DNA of 64,000 nt from Octopus bimaculoides (GCF_001194135.2 NC_068999.1:25330395-25394394); one strand, 5' to 3'. Numbered from the stretch's first letter, positions 13,361-26,166 are shown. The notes: a model not told the origin generated them from the letters alone. Numbers and translations: made by a program.

Positions 13361-14880
13361 TACTGAGTCTTTGAAAGTTCTGAAGGACAGTTTGCCAACT
13401 AAACAATTATTTTCTCTTTTAATATCAGTTGAAAGGAGCACATCTAAATGAGAGAAATGGTACACTGTCAGAAATATAATTACAGATTCACTTAGGAAGT
13501 TTGTTTAATTAAAAGAAATTTTTTTTCAGCTAGTTCTACTCCACCATACACTTATAAATGACGACGCCATTTGCCAAAATAGATGTTTAACCTGCAGTCG
13601 TAGTCGAGTGCAAAAATGAGAATAAGTATTAAAAGATATACAGACTATGCATACTAAAGTATATATTTTAAAAACTCCAAGACAAATAATTCGCTAACAT
13701 CAAGCATTGATTGTGATACATCTGCCAAAATATTCATTTTGAGGAGAGCATTTGGAATAAATCAACACATATTACCTAAAATTGTCTTAAACTGAAATAC
13801 TACTGACTATGCAACTTTGTTCCACAGCGAACTACTAATGATACATATATATGCATCACGTTTTTTTTTACTTCTCTCTCTCTCTCTCACTCACTCACAC
13901 ACATACATACAAGGATTACTTAAATTGACCCAACCCTTTTTATCTCTTCAATTAATTCCTAGAAGATACAAAGTACCCACAGAAAACACGTACTCCTAAA
14001 TCCCTTCCCACAGTTCTTCCCACCACAGCACACACCTACACAATATTTGCTTTATGATAACTTCCGTTACAATTTCCCTTCATTTATTAGTCAAGGTTAA
14101 AATTTCCTCTCTGAATAAAATCTAGTAACTTTTCAAAACTTCTACCTATTATTTGCAGCTCTACTTCTAACACCACTAGCAAGTTGTTAGTTGGATACTT
14201 GCTTTGTTGGTCGCTTGGCTAGCTTCTCTAATCAGCACTATGCTTCTCATCTAACATAGAAATTAGATACTGCATAATATTACAATTGAGTAAATAACGT
14301 CAAGATAGATGCCAGAGACATAAGTATACTAAAACCATTTGTTGAAATGAATAGTTATTAAACTCAACCCATTTTAAGTTGCCTGAGTTGATAACCATGA
14401 TTTCTGAGTCAAAACAAAAAAAAAAACCCACTAAACAAAACCACCCAACAACAACAACAATCATAAAACTATCCTCTGCATAACAGGGTGTGTGATGGAA
14501 AGTGTAGGTTCCATAATATAGTTGGTGCTGTTCTTAATGTCAAACTTAAAGGTTGCTCAATGATAGCGAAAGGAACTCCCAGAAAATGGTTCATAACACA
14601 AAATAACAAGAACATATCCAAGATATAATTAGGTAAAAGAGATAGAAAGAAAGAGAATATGCTTAGAGTATAAATAATGATTTTTTTCCTTCATAACAGA
14701 GATGCAGACATACAAACAGCCTCTCGCATAAATATACACATGTTTATAATACAATGTACATAGAAAAACTTGTTGAATTGTCTACATTAGAACTTCTCAA
14801 ACATTTTATTTTTATTTTTTTAACTATCACTCCTTTTCTCTTAGGAACACTTTTTCAGCGCCCTCTTGCTACGATTCAAA

Positions 14881-15088
14881 TATTGATTTCAAATTTCGGT
14901 ACAAGGTCTACAACTTTGTGGAAGAGGTCCGTTGATTACATCAACTCCAGTGTTCAACTGGTACTTATTTATCGACCCAGAAAGGATGAAAGACAAAGCC
15001 GACCACGGTGGAATTTGAACTCAGAACGCAAAGACGGACGAAATGCCGCTAAGCCCGGCGTGCAAACGGTTCCGCCAGCTCGCCGCCT
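14881..15088 (-). mobile_element. tRNA-derived SINE with Meta-like domain, CpG intact
   Basis: Reverse complement starts AGGCGGCGAGCTGGCGGAACCG, has box-B-like GAGTTCAAATTCC and CTTTCATCCTTTC...GTCGATAAATAAGTACCAG. Confidence 0.85.
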
Positions 15089-15138
15089 TTACGCTACGAT
15101 TCAACTATTACCCACCATTTTCAGTATGCATAGACTAT

Positions 15139-15275
15139 TTCAAATTCCGCCGAGGTGGACTTCGCCTTTCATCCTTTCGGGGTCGATAAATTAAGTACCA
15201 GTTGCGTACTAAGGTCGATCTAATCGACTAGCTCCCTCCCCCAAAATGTCGGGCCTTGTGTCTAGAGTAGAAAAG
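15139..15275 (+). mobile_element. 5'-truncated copy of the same SINE, inverted relative to 14881-15088
   Basis: TTCAAATTCCGCCGAGGTGGACTTCGCCTTTCATCCTTTCGGGGTCGATAAATTAAGTACCAG. Confidence 0.85.
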
Positions 15276-17659
15276 TATGCATACGCTATATATCAGGATA
15301 GAGTAATTTAGTTCTGAGTACGAGTTTGGCACAGGTGACTAACTTCGGTTGAGTCAAGTGTTCACGTATTCTTTGTGCATCATTTATATGCCTCCACCCC
15401 GTAACTACCCGCTGAAATTTAGTATTTATCTTCGCCGAAGTATCTTCTCACAAGTATTCTACCCATGTATGGCGTTACATATATATGTTTATACATGTAA
15501 GTAGATAATGAGATTTTAAAAATTACATTCATAACTAGATCCAACTACGTACAAGTCAGGGCATTATCTAACCTAACGGATGCAGTGACTATTTTCATTT
15601 TATGTACGGAAATACACACAAATTCTGACAATACCTTTTAAATTTTACTTCAGTTTTTCGTTCATTTATATGCATGGATGGCATGCCTGTTGCACTGCTC
15701 CATCACTATTCAACGGTGCACCCTCAGATTTGCAGTGATACACTTATTTCGAAATTCCATTTTTGCATTATTACAAACTGGTGCCCACCCAGAATATTGT
15801 GAAGCACCCCCAGGCACAAAAGTCTGGGAATGAACCTGATACACTTTCTTTATTTACTTATTCCCGTTATCGTTAATGTCGTTGTCATAGTTGTAACTTG
15901 TTAACAAACGGTTTATCATAATATAATATTAACATTTCACAAGTTAATATTTAAATAGGAGACAAAGACAAAAGAAAAAAATTATAAAAGATAAATTTAT
16001 CGCACCCCCTACTGCCACATTTTTCATCACTGATAGTACAGAATGTTCCACTGCTCTCCTACCCGCCCTCAGGGATCGATGCCGCCTATTTCGAGAGAGA
16101 CTCGTTTATATGAAAAACAAATTTTGGAAACAGATATTACTCATAAATTGGTCATTTTATCGACAGAAAGGGCTATTACCGGTTATTTAGCGGAACATAT
16201 TGAAAGTATTTAATCTTAACGTCCTGATAATCAACTGGTTGATTCCACTTTCGTTTCACCATACTGAAGAGAACGATGAAATAGGTATTATATCCCCTTT
16301 ACAAAACTGCATCCAACTAAACAGCGGAAACTGTATTAGGACGTGATTTAACAAACTGATGATAAATGTTTGGTTTCTATTTTGATACTTATACAAGGCA
16401 CAAAAAAATAACTTACTTCTGAGTTGATCGAACTGTTATCTGTTTTATGTTCTATTTGGAGACTCAAACAACTGAAACTCTTTCGAGTTACTTTTATTGA
16501 TGAAAAGCAGCGAAACTAAGCAAATTTTTATATATATATAAATGTTATTGTCAGGAATGTGGTATCAGTCGATCAAGACACTAAATCGTCAGTGATATGG
16601 CTTTAGCGAGACCACCGTTAAAAGGTTAATGATAGTATTTATGTTACTACTATGTTTAAATTAATAATATTTTTGTATACTGGGGTAGCTGGCAAAAATT
16701 GATGGGTTGAATGAAAGATTTTGGGGGTACTTTGATCTGTATCAGTTGCATACCTTTACATACGGTTGTCTTAGCCTTTCGTCTACTCTGAGGACATTAA
16801 AATTAGTACCAGGAAAGGAATGTACTGAGATTAATATAATCGATTAGAACCCTTGAAGATGGCCAGCGCAAAACCACAGTTGAATAACCAGTTTTATGGA
16901 TCCAGTATTTTATTCACCGCCTGATGAGAGTAACAGTTATCTAAAAGGAACGTTCCCTAGCAATTGCAGCGAAGATTATGTGCATTTCCTTTATATCATG
17001 CATCAGAAGTTGGCTTTTTTTCTTGTTTATCTTTTTTTACCATTTTGACTGAATACCGTTATCAATTGAACGTTTGTTGTGAGTTTTCGCGAAAAATACC
17101 TCGCTGAGACTAATTATGGAATACGTATGAGTCTTACCACCTAGTGCGCGTGTGTATATGAGAATGAGTCATTAAGTACCCACAATACACTTATTTGTTT
17201 CCTATTTGCGAGGAAATAATTTGGGCACGCATCACTAGACATTTTCTCAATATAGTCATAATAGGATGAGTATGGGAGATTTGTGAACTTGGGGTATAAA
17301 TTGAGATTCAGTGAGAGTCCTCTTCAGCGTATACGACAGCAATGAGACGTAAAACAGTAAAACTTTCGTTTCAATGTATAGCTAACGTATAGAAATTATT
17401 TGCGCGCAGTTTAGTTGTATTCTCATAACAGATAAGGTTTAGCTGATATCAAATGGTAAAACAATATTTTCGTCATAATGTTTATCGTCTGTTTGAAAAT
17501 GGAAATCGAATATTGAAACCTTTGGAAAAATCATAAATTGTAAGGTATCGATTTATCTTCTCCCCTCCTCTCTCTATCTATCTATATATCTATCTCCGCA
17601 CTCAATGTTGGTACACAAATGCATACACCTTTCACATGTGCCGCTCTCAAACGAGCATG

Positions 17660-18263
17660 GGATCTTGTTCAAAACGGGGGCACCAGTATTTTCTTAACGA
17701 AACACTGAAACTTGGGACACTGGTAGAATGTGTCATATAAAACATCTTTTTCTCTTAGTCTTCTTAACAAAAAAACGTACATCGCAAGTTATTTCATGTT
17801 AAAGTTGTCATATTTCTGTAATTTCAACCAATGACTGACGTCCATTCAGTCGTATACATTAAGTGCTGACTACGTAAACAAACGATTCGCGGCGGTGATA
17901 AAATTATTATTTCCTTGTCAAAAAATGGCTGAAGCATATTGGCAGTAGCTAATAAACCTTTCTATTATAGGCACAAGGCATGGTTTTTGAGGGAAGGAGC
18001 AAGTNNNNNNNNNNGAGATTAAATACGCTTTACACCGCTTAAAGTGCCAAAGGAGTAAGTATAAACAGCTGAATACTTGTCAGTGATTGGTTGAAATTAT
18101 CGAAATAAGACAATTTTTTACATGAAATAAATCCGAATACAAAAATTTTTTTCTGTTCTATAACACAAAATAGATAAGTATACGAAGTTTGAAAGTCTTT
18201 CGGTACCAAAAACACTACATAAAACATAAATGAAAACTGGTGCCCCCGTTTTGAACAAGATCC
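17660..18263. mobile_element. Non-autonomous DNA transposon with Merlin-like hallmarks
   Basis: Perfect 28-bp TIRs GGATCTTGTTCAAAACGGGGGCACCAGT (17660-17687, 18236-18263) and a perfect 8-bp TSD CGAGCATG (17652-17659, 18264-18271). Contains a 10-N gap. Confidence 0.8.
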
Positions 18264-18399
18264 CGAGCATGTCTTGGTAGCATGTATCCTGCTTTCGCTA
18301 ATTGTTTTAGGTATCTATGTAGGTATCTTCTCGGCCTATTAACCCGGTGGAATATCGAGGATCGCAGCTGGTGGGAGAGCGGGCTGAACCAGCTCAAGA

Positions 18400-18535
18400 C
18401 TAGTTTTAAGCTCAGTAGACCGGATCAGTATTAAATGAAACACATTACTGAAGGGCACAGTGCGACACTCGATCGAGTAATCGATCTCACAGCCTTATGA
18501 CTGGAAGCCTGAACACCCTAACCACTAAGCCACAA
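18400..18535 (-). mobile_element. tRNA-headed SINE fragment
   Basis: Reverse complement GTGGCTTAGTGGTTAGGGTGTTCAGG...GAGATCGATTAC resembles box A/B. Confidence 0.55.
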
Positions 18536-18858
18536 ACAGATAGAATGCACACGGCGAATTTTGTTCTATGTAGTAGTATCCGATTGCAGCCCTGTTTTTC
18601 AAATTTAAACCGCTGAGTTGGAAGAACACAATAAGAGAAGTAAAATTAAAGATTTTACTATTCTTCCTTCTCCCTTATTCTGACGAAAACAAATTCTCAA
18701 CACCCTCCAAGGCCAAAAAAACAGTCTGTCGTCTGAGAGATGTTGATCCATTGTGATGAAGAATTAGATATTCAATAGTTTGACCTTCAACTCGCAATTA
18801 AATAGGACGAACTCCAGTGCAAATTGAAAGTCAATGAGTTGGGGAGATAGTTAAATAA

Positions 18859-18859
<1 letters not shown>

Positions 18860-18927
<68 letters not shown>
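18860..18927. repeat. (AGAT)n tetranucleotide microsatellite
   Basis: Direct. Confidence 0.95.
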
Positions 18928-19727
18928 CAGACAAATAAACTCACACACTGTGTGTGTGTGAAATATTGAGAGATGGAGCAACAGAAGGAGAATTTTTTCA
19001 CTTCAGACTTCTACCACACTCTCGTTGTAGTATGTTAGTGTAGTTGTGTGTGATATAAGTGTATGTGCCTGCTTGCATGGGTATGAGGGGGAGGGATGTT
19101 TATTTATTTCGTACAACAACAGTCACACATTGATGGAATCAGATAACTTAAATAACTAAATTGGGGAATGGTTAAAGGTGATAATTACTACGACGACATT
19201 AAATGATAACACCACTGTGTGCTTTACTCTAAGCAGAAACTGCAACTCAGTTAATGCCTTTGACGTATTCGTATGTATCTCAGGATAAGACAATAGTTAT
19301 ATTAAAGAACTCTCTGGGATCTTAGTACTGATCATGTGACCGTTGAGATTTCTTGAAATAACAAATCAGAAGAGAGTGGTGGAAGAGGAAGACTGAAACC
19401 CAATGTTGTGAAGGCAGACTTGTAAAGTATTCAAGATGAAGTATTTTAAAGAGCTGAAATATATATCAAGACCATGCATATACAGGTCGGAATTAATAAA
19501 AAAAAATCAGGTAGGTAAGGTGGGCTGAATAGCATTATATTATAAACAACTTCATAGCAAAAAATGAAAAGAGAGAGAGTACCAAATCAAGAGAACTGAA
19601 GACACCAAACATGCCAGCAAGACAAGCTGGGTGGGCTTTGGTTCTGGTTGGAAACACTAACAACAAAAAACTTTGCTACAATAGCAATATTCAATGTCGA
19701 TAAGGATAAGGCTAATTCATTTATCTA

Positions 19728-19937
19728 AGAAGATAAGAGAATGACTGTAACAGTCATGCTGAAGAGAAATACATGGTTTCTCCCCTCAAATTCGACATTA
19801 TCAGTCACAACCTCGTCAACAGCGATTTCAGATTTACCAGCATCAGACTCAATTTCCTTATCGTCAGTCTCAGTTACGTCATCAACTTTAATTTCGTTAT
19901 CGTCAACTTCAATGTCGTCACCGTCAGATAGAGCGAA
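19728..19937 (-). mobile_element. Unclassified repeat with an acidic open frame (copy 1; copy 2 at 22310-22462 on +)
   Basis: Stop-to-stop frame FALSDGDDIEVDDNEIKVDDVTETDDKEIESDAGKSEIAVDEVVTDNVEF... aligns with DEI*AGDNEIEDDDNVIATDYNKIASNNDQFENAVDKLETDNVEI. Confidence 0.6.
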
Positions 19938-20624
19938 TTATTTTTTTTCTTTTACAAACAGACATTGACTTCAGTGATTACATTTAGAATTGTAAAAGAA
20001 TGTGAACATTAAAAATTTACAAAGGATCCCAAGCTTTGTATAGGGATAAAAATGTTCACACAACCGTAAAATGTACATACATACGTACATATAGTACATT
20101 AGATGCAAAGCTATATACTATACTATAGATAAAACATCGCAAAGACAAAAGTTAACAACACCAATTTAACTTTCTATTCTTTATTCCAATTTCTTATTGC
20201 TTTTAACATATTCTTTAAAAAAACAACAGCAAAATCATTTTTGGTAATCAATGATTTAGCTCAGTGCCAATTAGTATAATATTAATAGATACAGGATTGA
20301 CTTTGATTTTGCTGGATCTTTTAAGAATATTTTAAGAGAAGTAAGAAATGGGAATGATGAATAAAAGGTTAAACTGGTGTTATCTATTTTTGTCTTTGCC
20401 ATATATATTCTTTTGTTTGTTTCAGTCATTTGACTGCGGCCATGCTGGAGCACCGTCTTTAATCGAACAGGATCTTTGTGGTTTTCGTCACTGTTTACAA
20501 TTTTGTTCCAATTGTCTTCAAATTTGGTATATGGATTAATTTTTGTGTTCTAATTATGAAAATTTCGTTTTTGGATTTGGTTTGCAAGATTCTTTATGTG
20601 AGTTCGTGTGTTGAAGCATATTCT

Positions 20625-20840
20625 GTTGTGTCTGGGGAGTCATTTTCTTTTGGTGCCTTATAATTTGACACACTCACCGGTAAAATTTCCACTTATTTTG
20701 GACAGAGTCAACGACTATTGAAAAGGTTGCAAGGCGCAACGAAAATTTTAGAAAAATAAAAAATAAATAAGTGGAAATTTTACCGGTGAGTGTGTTAAAT
20801 TATAAGGCACTAAAAGAGAATGACTCTTCCCAGACACAAC
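20625..20840. repeat. About 74-bp inverted repeat with a 66-bp spacer
   Basis: GTTGTGTCTGGGGAGTCATTTTC...CCGGTAAAATTTCCACTTATT versus AATAAGTGGAAATTTTACCGG...GAATGACTCTTCCCAGACACAAC. Confidence 0.9.
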
Positions 20841-21454
20841 AAATTATGAAAATGAAATTCGTTTTTCCTGTAAATCCATGATTAAAGTTATTAGCCTTTA
20901 AAATTTGCAAAATCTGGGTATTTCAGCCAATCAGAAGCGGGTATTTTACACTTCACCCTGGCGAAAAGTTCTGTTTCCATAGTAACCAAAGATGCTGCGC
21001 ATGCATACAATGAGGAGGAGATACGAGACAGATAATCTTCTTTCTTACTATAATGATACTCTTGTGTTTTTCTCCGTCACAACATATAAATGAGAAAGGA
21101 AGGGATGACAGATGAATAGGGAAGGAAGGGGTGATGGCAAATTGATAGTGGGAGCGTTTCAACTCTGTGTGAGTATATGTGTGTGTGCGTGTACAAGGGA
21201 AGTAGCAATGTTTCGACATGCCGATGCCCCACCCATACCCCATGATGGCAGGAGCAGCGAACGCGGTGTTTTTTGATTGGCTGAAAGTTCTGGAATTATC
21301 AAACTTTGAACATCTGTTACATTTCTGCAAAATTTTTCTGGAATAAATGAATAACAAATTCGAATTCAGCATCAAAAATTACATCTATATGATACATTAA
21401 GAAATTTTTAAAAAAAATAATTGTAAGCAGTAACGAAACGAAAACCACAAAGAT

Positions 21455-21600
21455 CCGTCGAACTAATCGACCCCAGAACTTATTCTATCGGTTCGTTTTG
21501 CCGAACCGCTAAGTTATGGGGACGTAATCACACCGACATCGGTTGTCAAACGATGGTGGGGCGGGGCAATCACAAACACACAAAACATTTACACACACAC

Positions 21601-21647
<47 letters not shown>

Positions 21648-21816
21648 ATATACATACACGACAGGCTTCTTTCTGTTTCCTCTACTGAATCCACTCACAA
21701 AGCTTTGGTCGACCCGACGCTACAGTAGAAGACACTTGCTCAAGGTCCCATGAAGAGGGACTGAAACCGGAACCATGTGGTTACATTTGGTAGACGGAAA
21801 CTGAGAGAAGCCCGTC

Positions 21817-21858
<42 letters not shown>

Positions 21859-21907
21859 TGTATGTACGTGTTTGTGTGTCTGTGTTTGTTCCCTCCCCCC
21901 ACCATCG
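21455..21907. mobile_element. Minus-strand SINE with internal microsatellite joined to an inverted partial copy (fold-back)
   Basis: 21455-21785 is the reverse complement of the family at 34905-35080; 21789-21907 repeats its central part on +. Confidence 0.8.
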
Positions 21908-22029
21908 CTTTACTTGTCCTATTTTCCATCTTTTGTCGTTTTTTTTTTTTGGCATATTTAACTCGTTTCTTTGTGTATTTCATGTAATTTGTGCCGTTGG
22001 TGTTAATTATATATATATATAATTATATT

Positions 22030-22185
22030 ATATATTATATTATATTATATTATATTATATCATATTGTATTATATCATATTGTATTATATCATATTGTAT
22101 TATATCATATTGTATTATATCATATTGTATTATATTATATCATATTGTATTTTATTATTTTATATTATATTATATTATATTATAT
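22030..22185. repeat. (TATAT)n with a 15-bp TATCATATTGTATTA minisatellite
   Basis: Direct; gives the ISYCI-repeat ORF. Confidence 0.9.
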
Positions 22186-25100
22186 ACTATTTGTTATGTG
22201 TATATATACATTTGAAATTTACAGAAAAAACAAAAGACGAAGACAGGTATATCAACAACAAGCAGGTGTATATACTTATACACATATAGTATTTATTCAA
22301 TCCTACTGTGACGAAATTTAAGCTGGCGATAACGAAATTGAAGACGATGACAACGTAATCGCGACTGACTATAACAAAATTGCGTCTAACAATGATCAAT
22401 TTGAGAATGCTGTTGACAAGCTTGAAACTGATAATGTTGAAATTGGGGAGGAATCCCTGTAATATCGTTATGCCTTTGGACAACTAAGCCTGACATTGAA
22501 ACTTCTGAACAATCAAAAAGTGTGCTGAAATCCTGTCCTTTCTAGAATACGTAATAAAGCTTTTGATCTTACTCCGCTTATTGGTAAGCTTCTGAAAGAT
22601 TGATCTGTTACTGTCTGGTTGTGAGGGACAAACACAAAGACACGTGCTCTTTTCTTACTGTTTCTCTCTCCCAAATCTACTCACAAGGTTCTGGTCAGTC
22701 AGGGGTTATAGCTCTAATAGAAGACAGTTGCCCAAAGTGTCACACAGTGGAACTGAACACAGAACTATGTGACTGAGAAGCAAACTTCTTACTACACACC
22801 CACGCCTGCATGGCAGCAATCTAATGACTGAAACAAAGATGATAAAGATACACACATACATATAATATATGCCATTGTATTTTTGTGTAAGTGGTTGACA
22901 CCAGTACCTAGAAAAACATAATCGTCTATACTAAGTGTGACAACACTGGACATTTGAACTGCAAGGTCATTGTATCTGATGGGATTCCACAGAGAGTCGT
23001 CAATCCAAAACTATGGAGCTGGACACGTAACCTTTTGAGGAGCGAAATTGTTAACCATTCTGCCACGCCTGTTTGTACTTGGATATTCTTCAGTCATACA
23101 CACACACACACACACACTTACACCCACTACTTTGTAATGAATATGATGTTGGGATTTTAAATATGAAATTATTATTGGGGTTCATTGCTATTATTTCTTG
23201 TAGTCAAATGTTCAGTTTTCCTGTAGGAATGTCTCACAGCAGACAGTATGAAAACAAGTAGACTCTTTGATATTTAGAAAACTTTGGTGTTGGGCGAAAT
23301 ATACGAACTACAGCAGACATTTGACTTTATGATATTGCTAGCAGAAAGTCACTAACGACCAATTTACATTCGTATAAAGAGCACACCGTTAAACAAACAC
23401 TCAAAATGCTTTATGTTAAGGTTTGTCGTATGATAATTATTTTTGGTCGATAATATTAAGACAAAATTGCACTATTTTACCTTTCAATTCAGTTACACTA
23501 TATATTCGCCAGATATTTCAATTCATGACTCGGAGTTTACTGATTACTAAAAATAAAATCCATTTAGCATTGCACCTATGGATCCTCTTGTTGTGAACGA
23601 TTTGGCTTGTGTTTAAATATGTAACAACTTTCAGTTCTTTGAACTTGTGGTGTTTGGTTGTTTACCTCTGATAATATCACTGAACAAACACATGCACGAT
23701 CAAAAGCATTTCATCTATGACCATCACATCTCTCTTTTTGACTCAATTCATGAAGGACAACATTATTCATTGTGAGCTTCTTCATTAATAAAACAGGAAT
23801 TTATTTATAGGGGATTTGGCTGTTATTTCTAACAGCTCGAGCGACTGTATAGACTCCCATTCTAAACAGTGAAATTTATTAGTGTATCAGAATCTAATCC
23901 GTGAAGGATTCATATAAGTGATAATAATTTAGGTTTCACAGACAATAACATTTCAACTCAAGTGTTACGTATTATACCAGGCGTATAATTCTCGTGTAAC
24001 TCATGCATAACCAGATATAAAACTGTTTTTTGCTTTACGAGCTTTCATGCCCTCTGCTTTTACGAGAGTAAACAAATATTGTAATGGTCATACGTTTATT
24101 TGCTGACACAAAATGAAATAGGCTGTTAACAATCGAACTCAGACTGCAAAATTTAACTCTTGCACTATAGAGTTCCAGAATGTTATGCATTACATTTGAT
24201 AGATACAATTCTTCCCAAGTCGAGGTTACATATGTTGGCCAGAACTAATCACCCGAACAGAGGAGCAACCTAACCAACCGACAACTGACCAGGGTATGGG
24301 AACATATCTACAACCAGCATGGATAGCCTTGCAATGGTATGCTGAAGCTTCATTCAGTATAGGACCGAAAACAACTGAATGGAATGGAATCATGAACCAT
24401 TTTTTCATATTGTTCAAAATCAGAAGCCAAATTAAATGAACTGGGAGTGGTTTTCACAACAAAATATTAAGCTAAAGAATTAATAGTGATTAGTTAGTGT
24501 AACTGAATTGTTATCCAAGAAGTTCGACCTAATTTGAGTAAATTATAAACACAGCGCAGATATTTCAGAAAATTGCTTTACCCTTTCGTTTAGCTTTCGA
24601 AATGGTTACAGAAGGAATATGATCTTACATTAACAGAAATTTGGATGCGATTAGCACTAATATTAACCTCACAATTACATAAATATATACATGGAATATA
24701 TACAATTGAATTAGAGCACAGAATTGTGATTTTGGCCACAGAAAGAAAACTTTTATCTCGTATTTTTAACAGAATACAGTTAATTACGTCGTAAAAAATC
24801 GAACTTGAAAACGATACGAGATAAATTTTCAATTGAAATAAACAATTTTCTTATGGCAAAGAATTAGATATTGTGTTATTTATCAATAAAAACAGGACGC
24901 ATATTACTTTGTACGGCGGATATTTTATGTTATAGTTTGTGTTTAAGTTATGTCATTTGCATCGAGATCTATCGATTATCGATGCGTCTAATTCTCGACA
25001 CGAATCTATAAGCTGTGACATCCAAGACGTCTACAGTCAATTGATAACTGTTTTTTTTCCCGCATTTTAGATTGGAGAGAGCAATGCTGATAACCTTTAT

Positions 25101-25494
25101 AAGACACTAACCTCTTAGTCCCAGACTAAGTGATTGATGTCGTTGATTCTTTGACACATACGCCATAAAAACCGGGAAACCAAGTTCATTTGGGAACTTA
25201 AATCAAATGAACTTGGATAGAATTTGTTTATGATTTTATATAGTCCTATTTCAGCCGTGAAACGCGCGTAGTCTATGTACTAGCACTAACTTTTATACAT
25301 TTATACTTTCATACTTTATATTATCGTATTAATTTTTACTGTCCAATTTATAAATTTGATTTTTTAATTTTTTAAATTTATATTTTTATGACGAATGTCT
25401 CTTTATATGATTTATTTATGTGGTATATTATTTAATTTAAAATCTTAGAGTAGTAAAGTAATTTCCTACTCGCTAGAGAAGCTTTAAGCCAGCA

Positions 25495-25568
25495 GGTTTT
25501 GGGATCTGATGATACGCCGTAAAGCTAAGCGCTTTATGGACGTGAAACCCAGCGTAATCCCATAAACC
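25495..25568 (+). ncRNA. Type I hammerhead ribozyme motif (Penelope-type, minimal stem III)
   Basis: Stem I TGGGAT/ATCCCA (extends to about 11 bp); CUGAUGA 25506-25512; extra U; 12-bp stem II; GAAA 25544-25547; 2-bp stem III; GUA triplet 25554-25556. Confidence 0.8.
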
Positions 25569-25594
25569 GCCGTTTTCTAACTTTTTATATTATA

Positions 25595-25665
25595 CATACA
25601 TACATACATACATACATACATACAAACATACATACATACATACATACATACATACATACATACAT
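25595..25665. repeat. (ACAT)n microsatellite between the ribozyme and the RT fragment
   Basis: Direct. Confidence 0.95.
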
Positions 25666-26166
25666 CGGTGGATGTAAACCAAATGATATTTTTGTGGTGC
25701 TTCCTTCTACAGATGTTGGAGCCTGGCATGTCGGAGATGTGGTCCCTAAATCCGCTAGCAGCTAGGGCCTCATTACAGTTGGGGGCAGCTGCATCAAAAA
25801 TCTCTTCGCTGGAGGAAAGGTTCGTGATCCTCTCGCTAACACTCTTCACCAGGTTTTTGAACACAATGGATGGGTGACATGAGATTGTGTTGATAGTAGG
25901 GCCTGTATGTACCGGAGCCCAAGTCAAGCGTGACATCTAAGAAGTCCGTGGTGGTGAGTTTGGTCTCGATAGTGATTTTCAATCCTATGGAGCCCAAGTG
26001 TGCCAATTAGATCTTTCCTAAGCCTGTCTAGGGTGTGCCAGTTTGCTCCTCTAGAGATGGTCAGGGCGTCATCTCTGTAGAGACCAAAGAGGACAGAGAG
26101 GAACTTTTTCTTCAGGGTATCAAGGACATACAACCCGATGATGTCGCATACATCAAGGGTATACAA
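25666..26166 (-). pseudogene. Penelope-like element reverse transcriptase fragment (frameshifted)
   Basis: VCDIIGLYVLDTLKKKFLSVLFGLYRDDAL (YRDD), then FLDVTLDLGSGTYRPY, then SCHPSIVFKNLVKSVSERITNLSSSEEIFDAAAPNCNEALAASGF, typical of PLE RT/thumb. Confidence 0.9.

Noticed and set aside
16850-16950. Hammerhead-like words (TTGAAGATGGC...AAAAC; CTGATGAGAG...TCTAAAA)
   Set aside because: GAAA core missing and stems do not close; at best a decayed relic.
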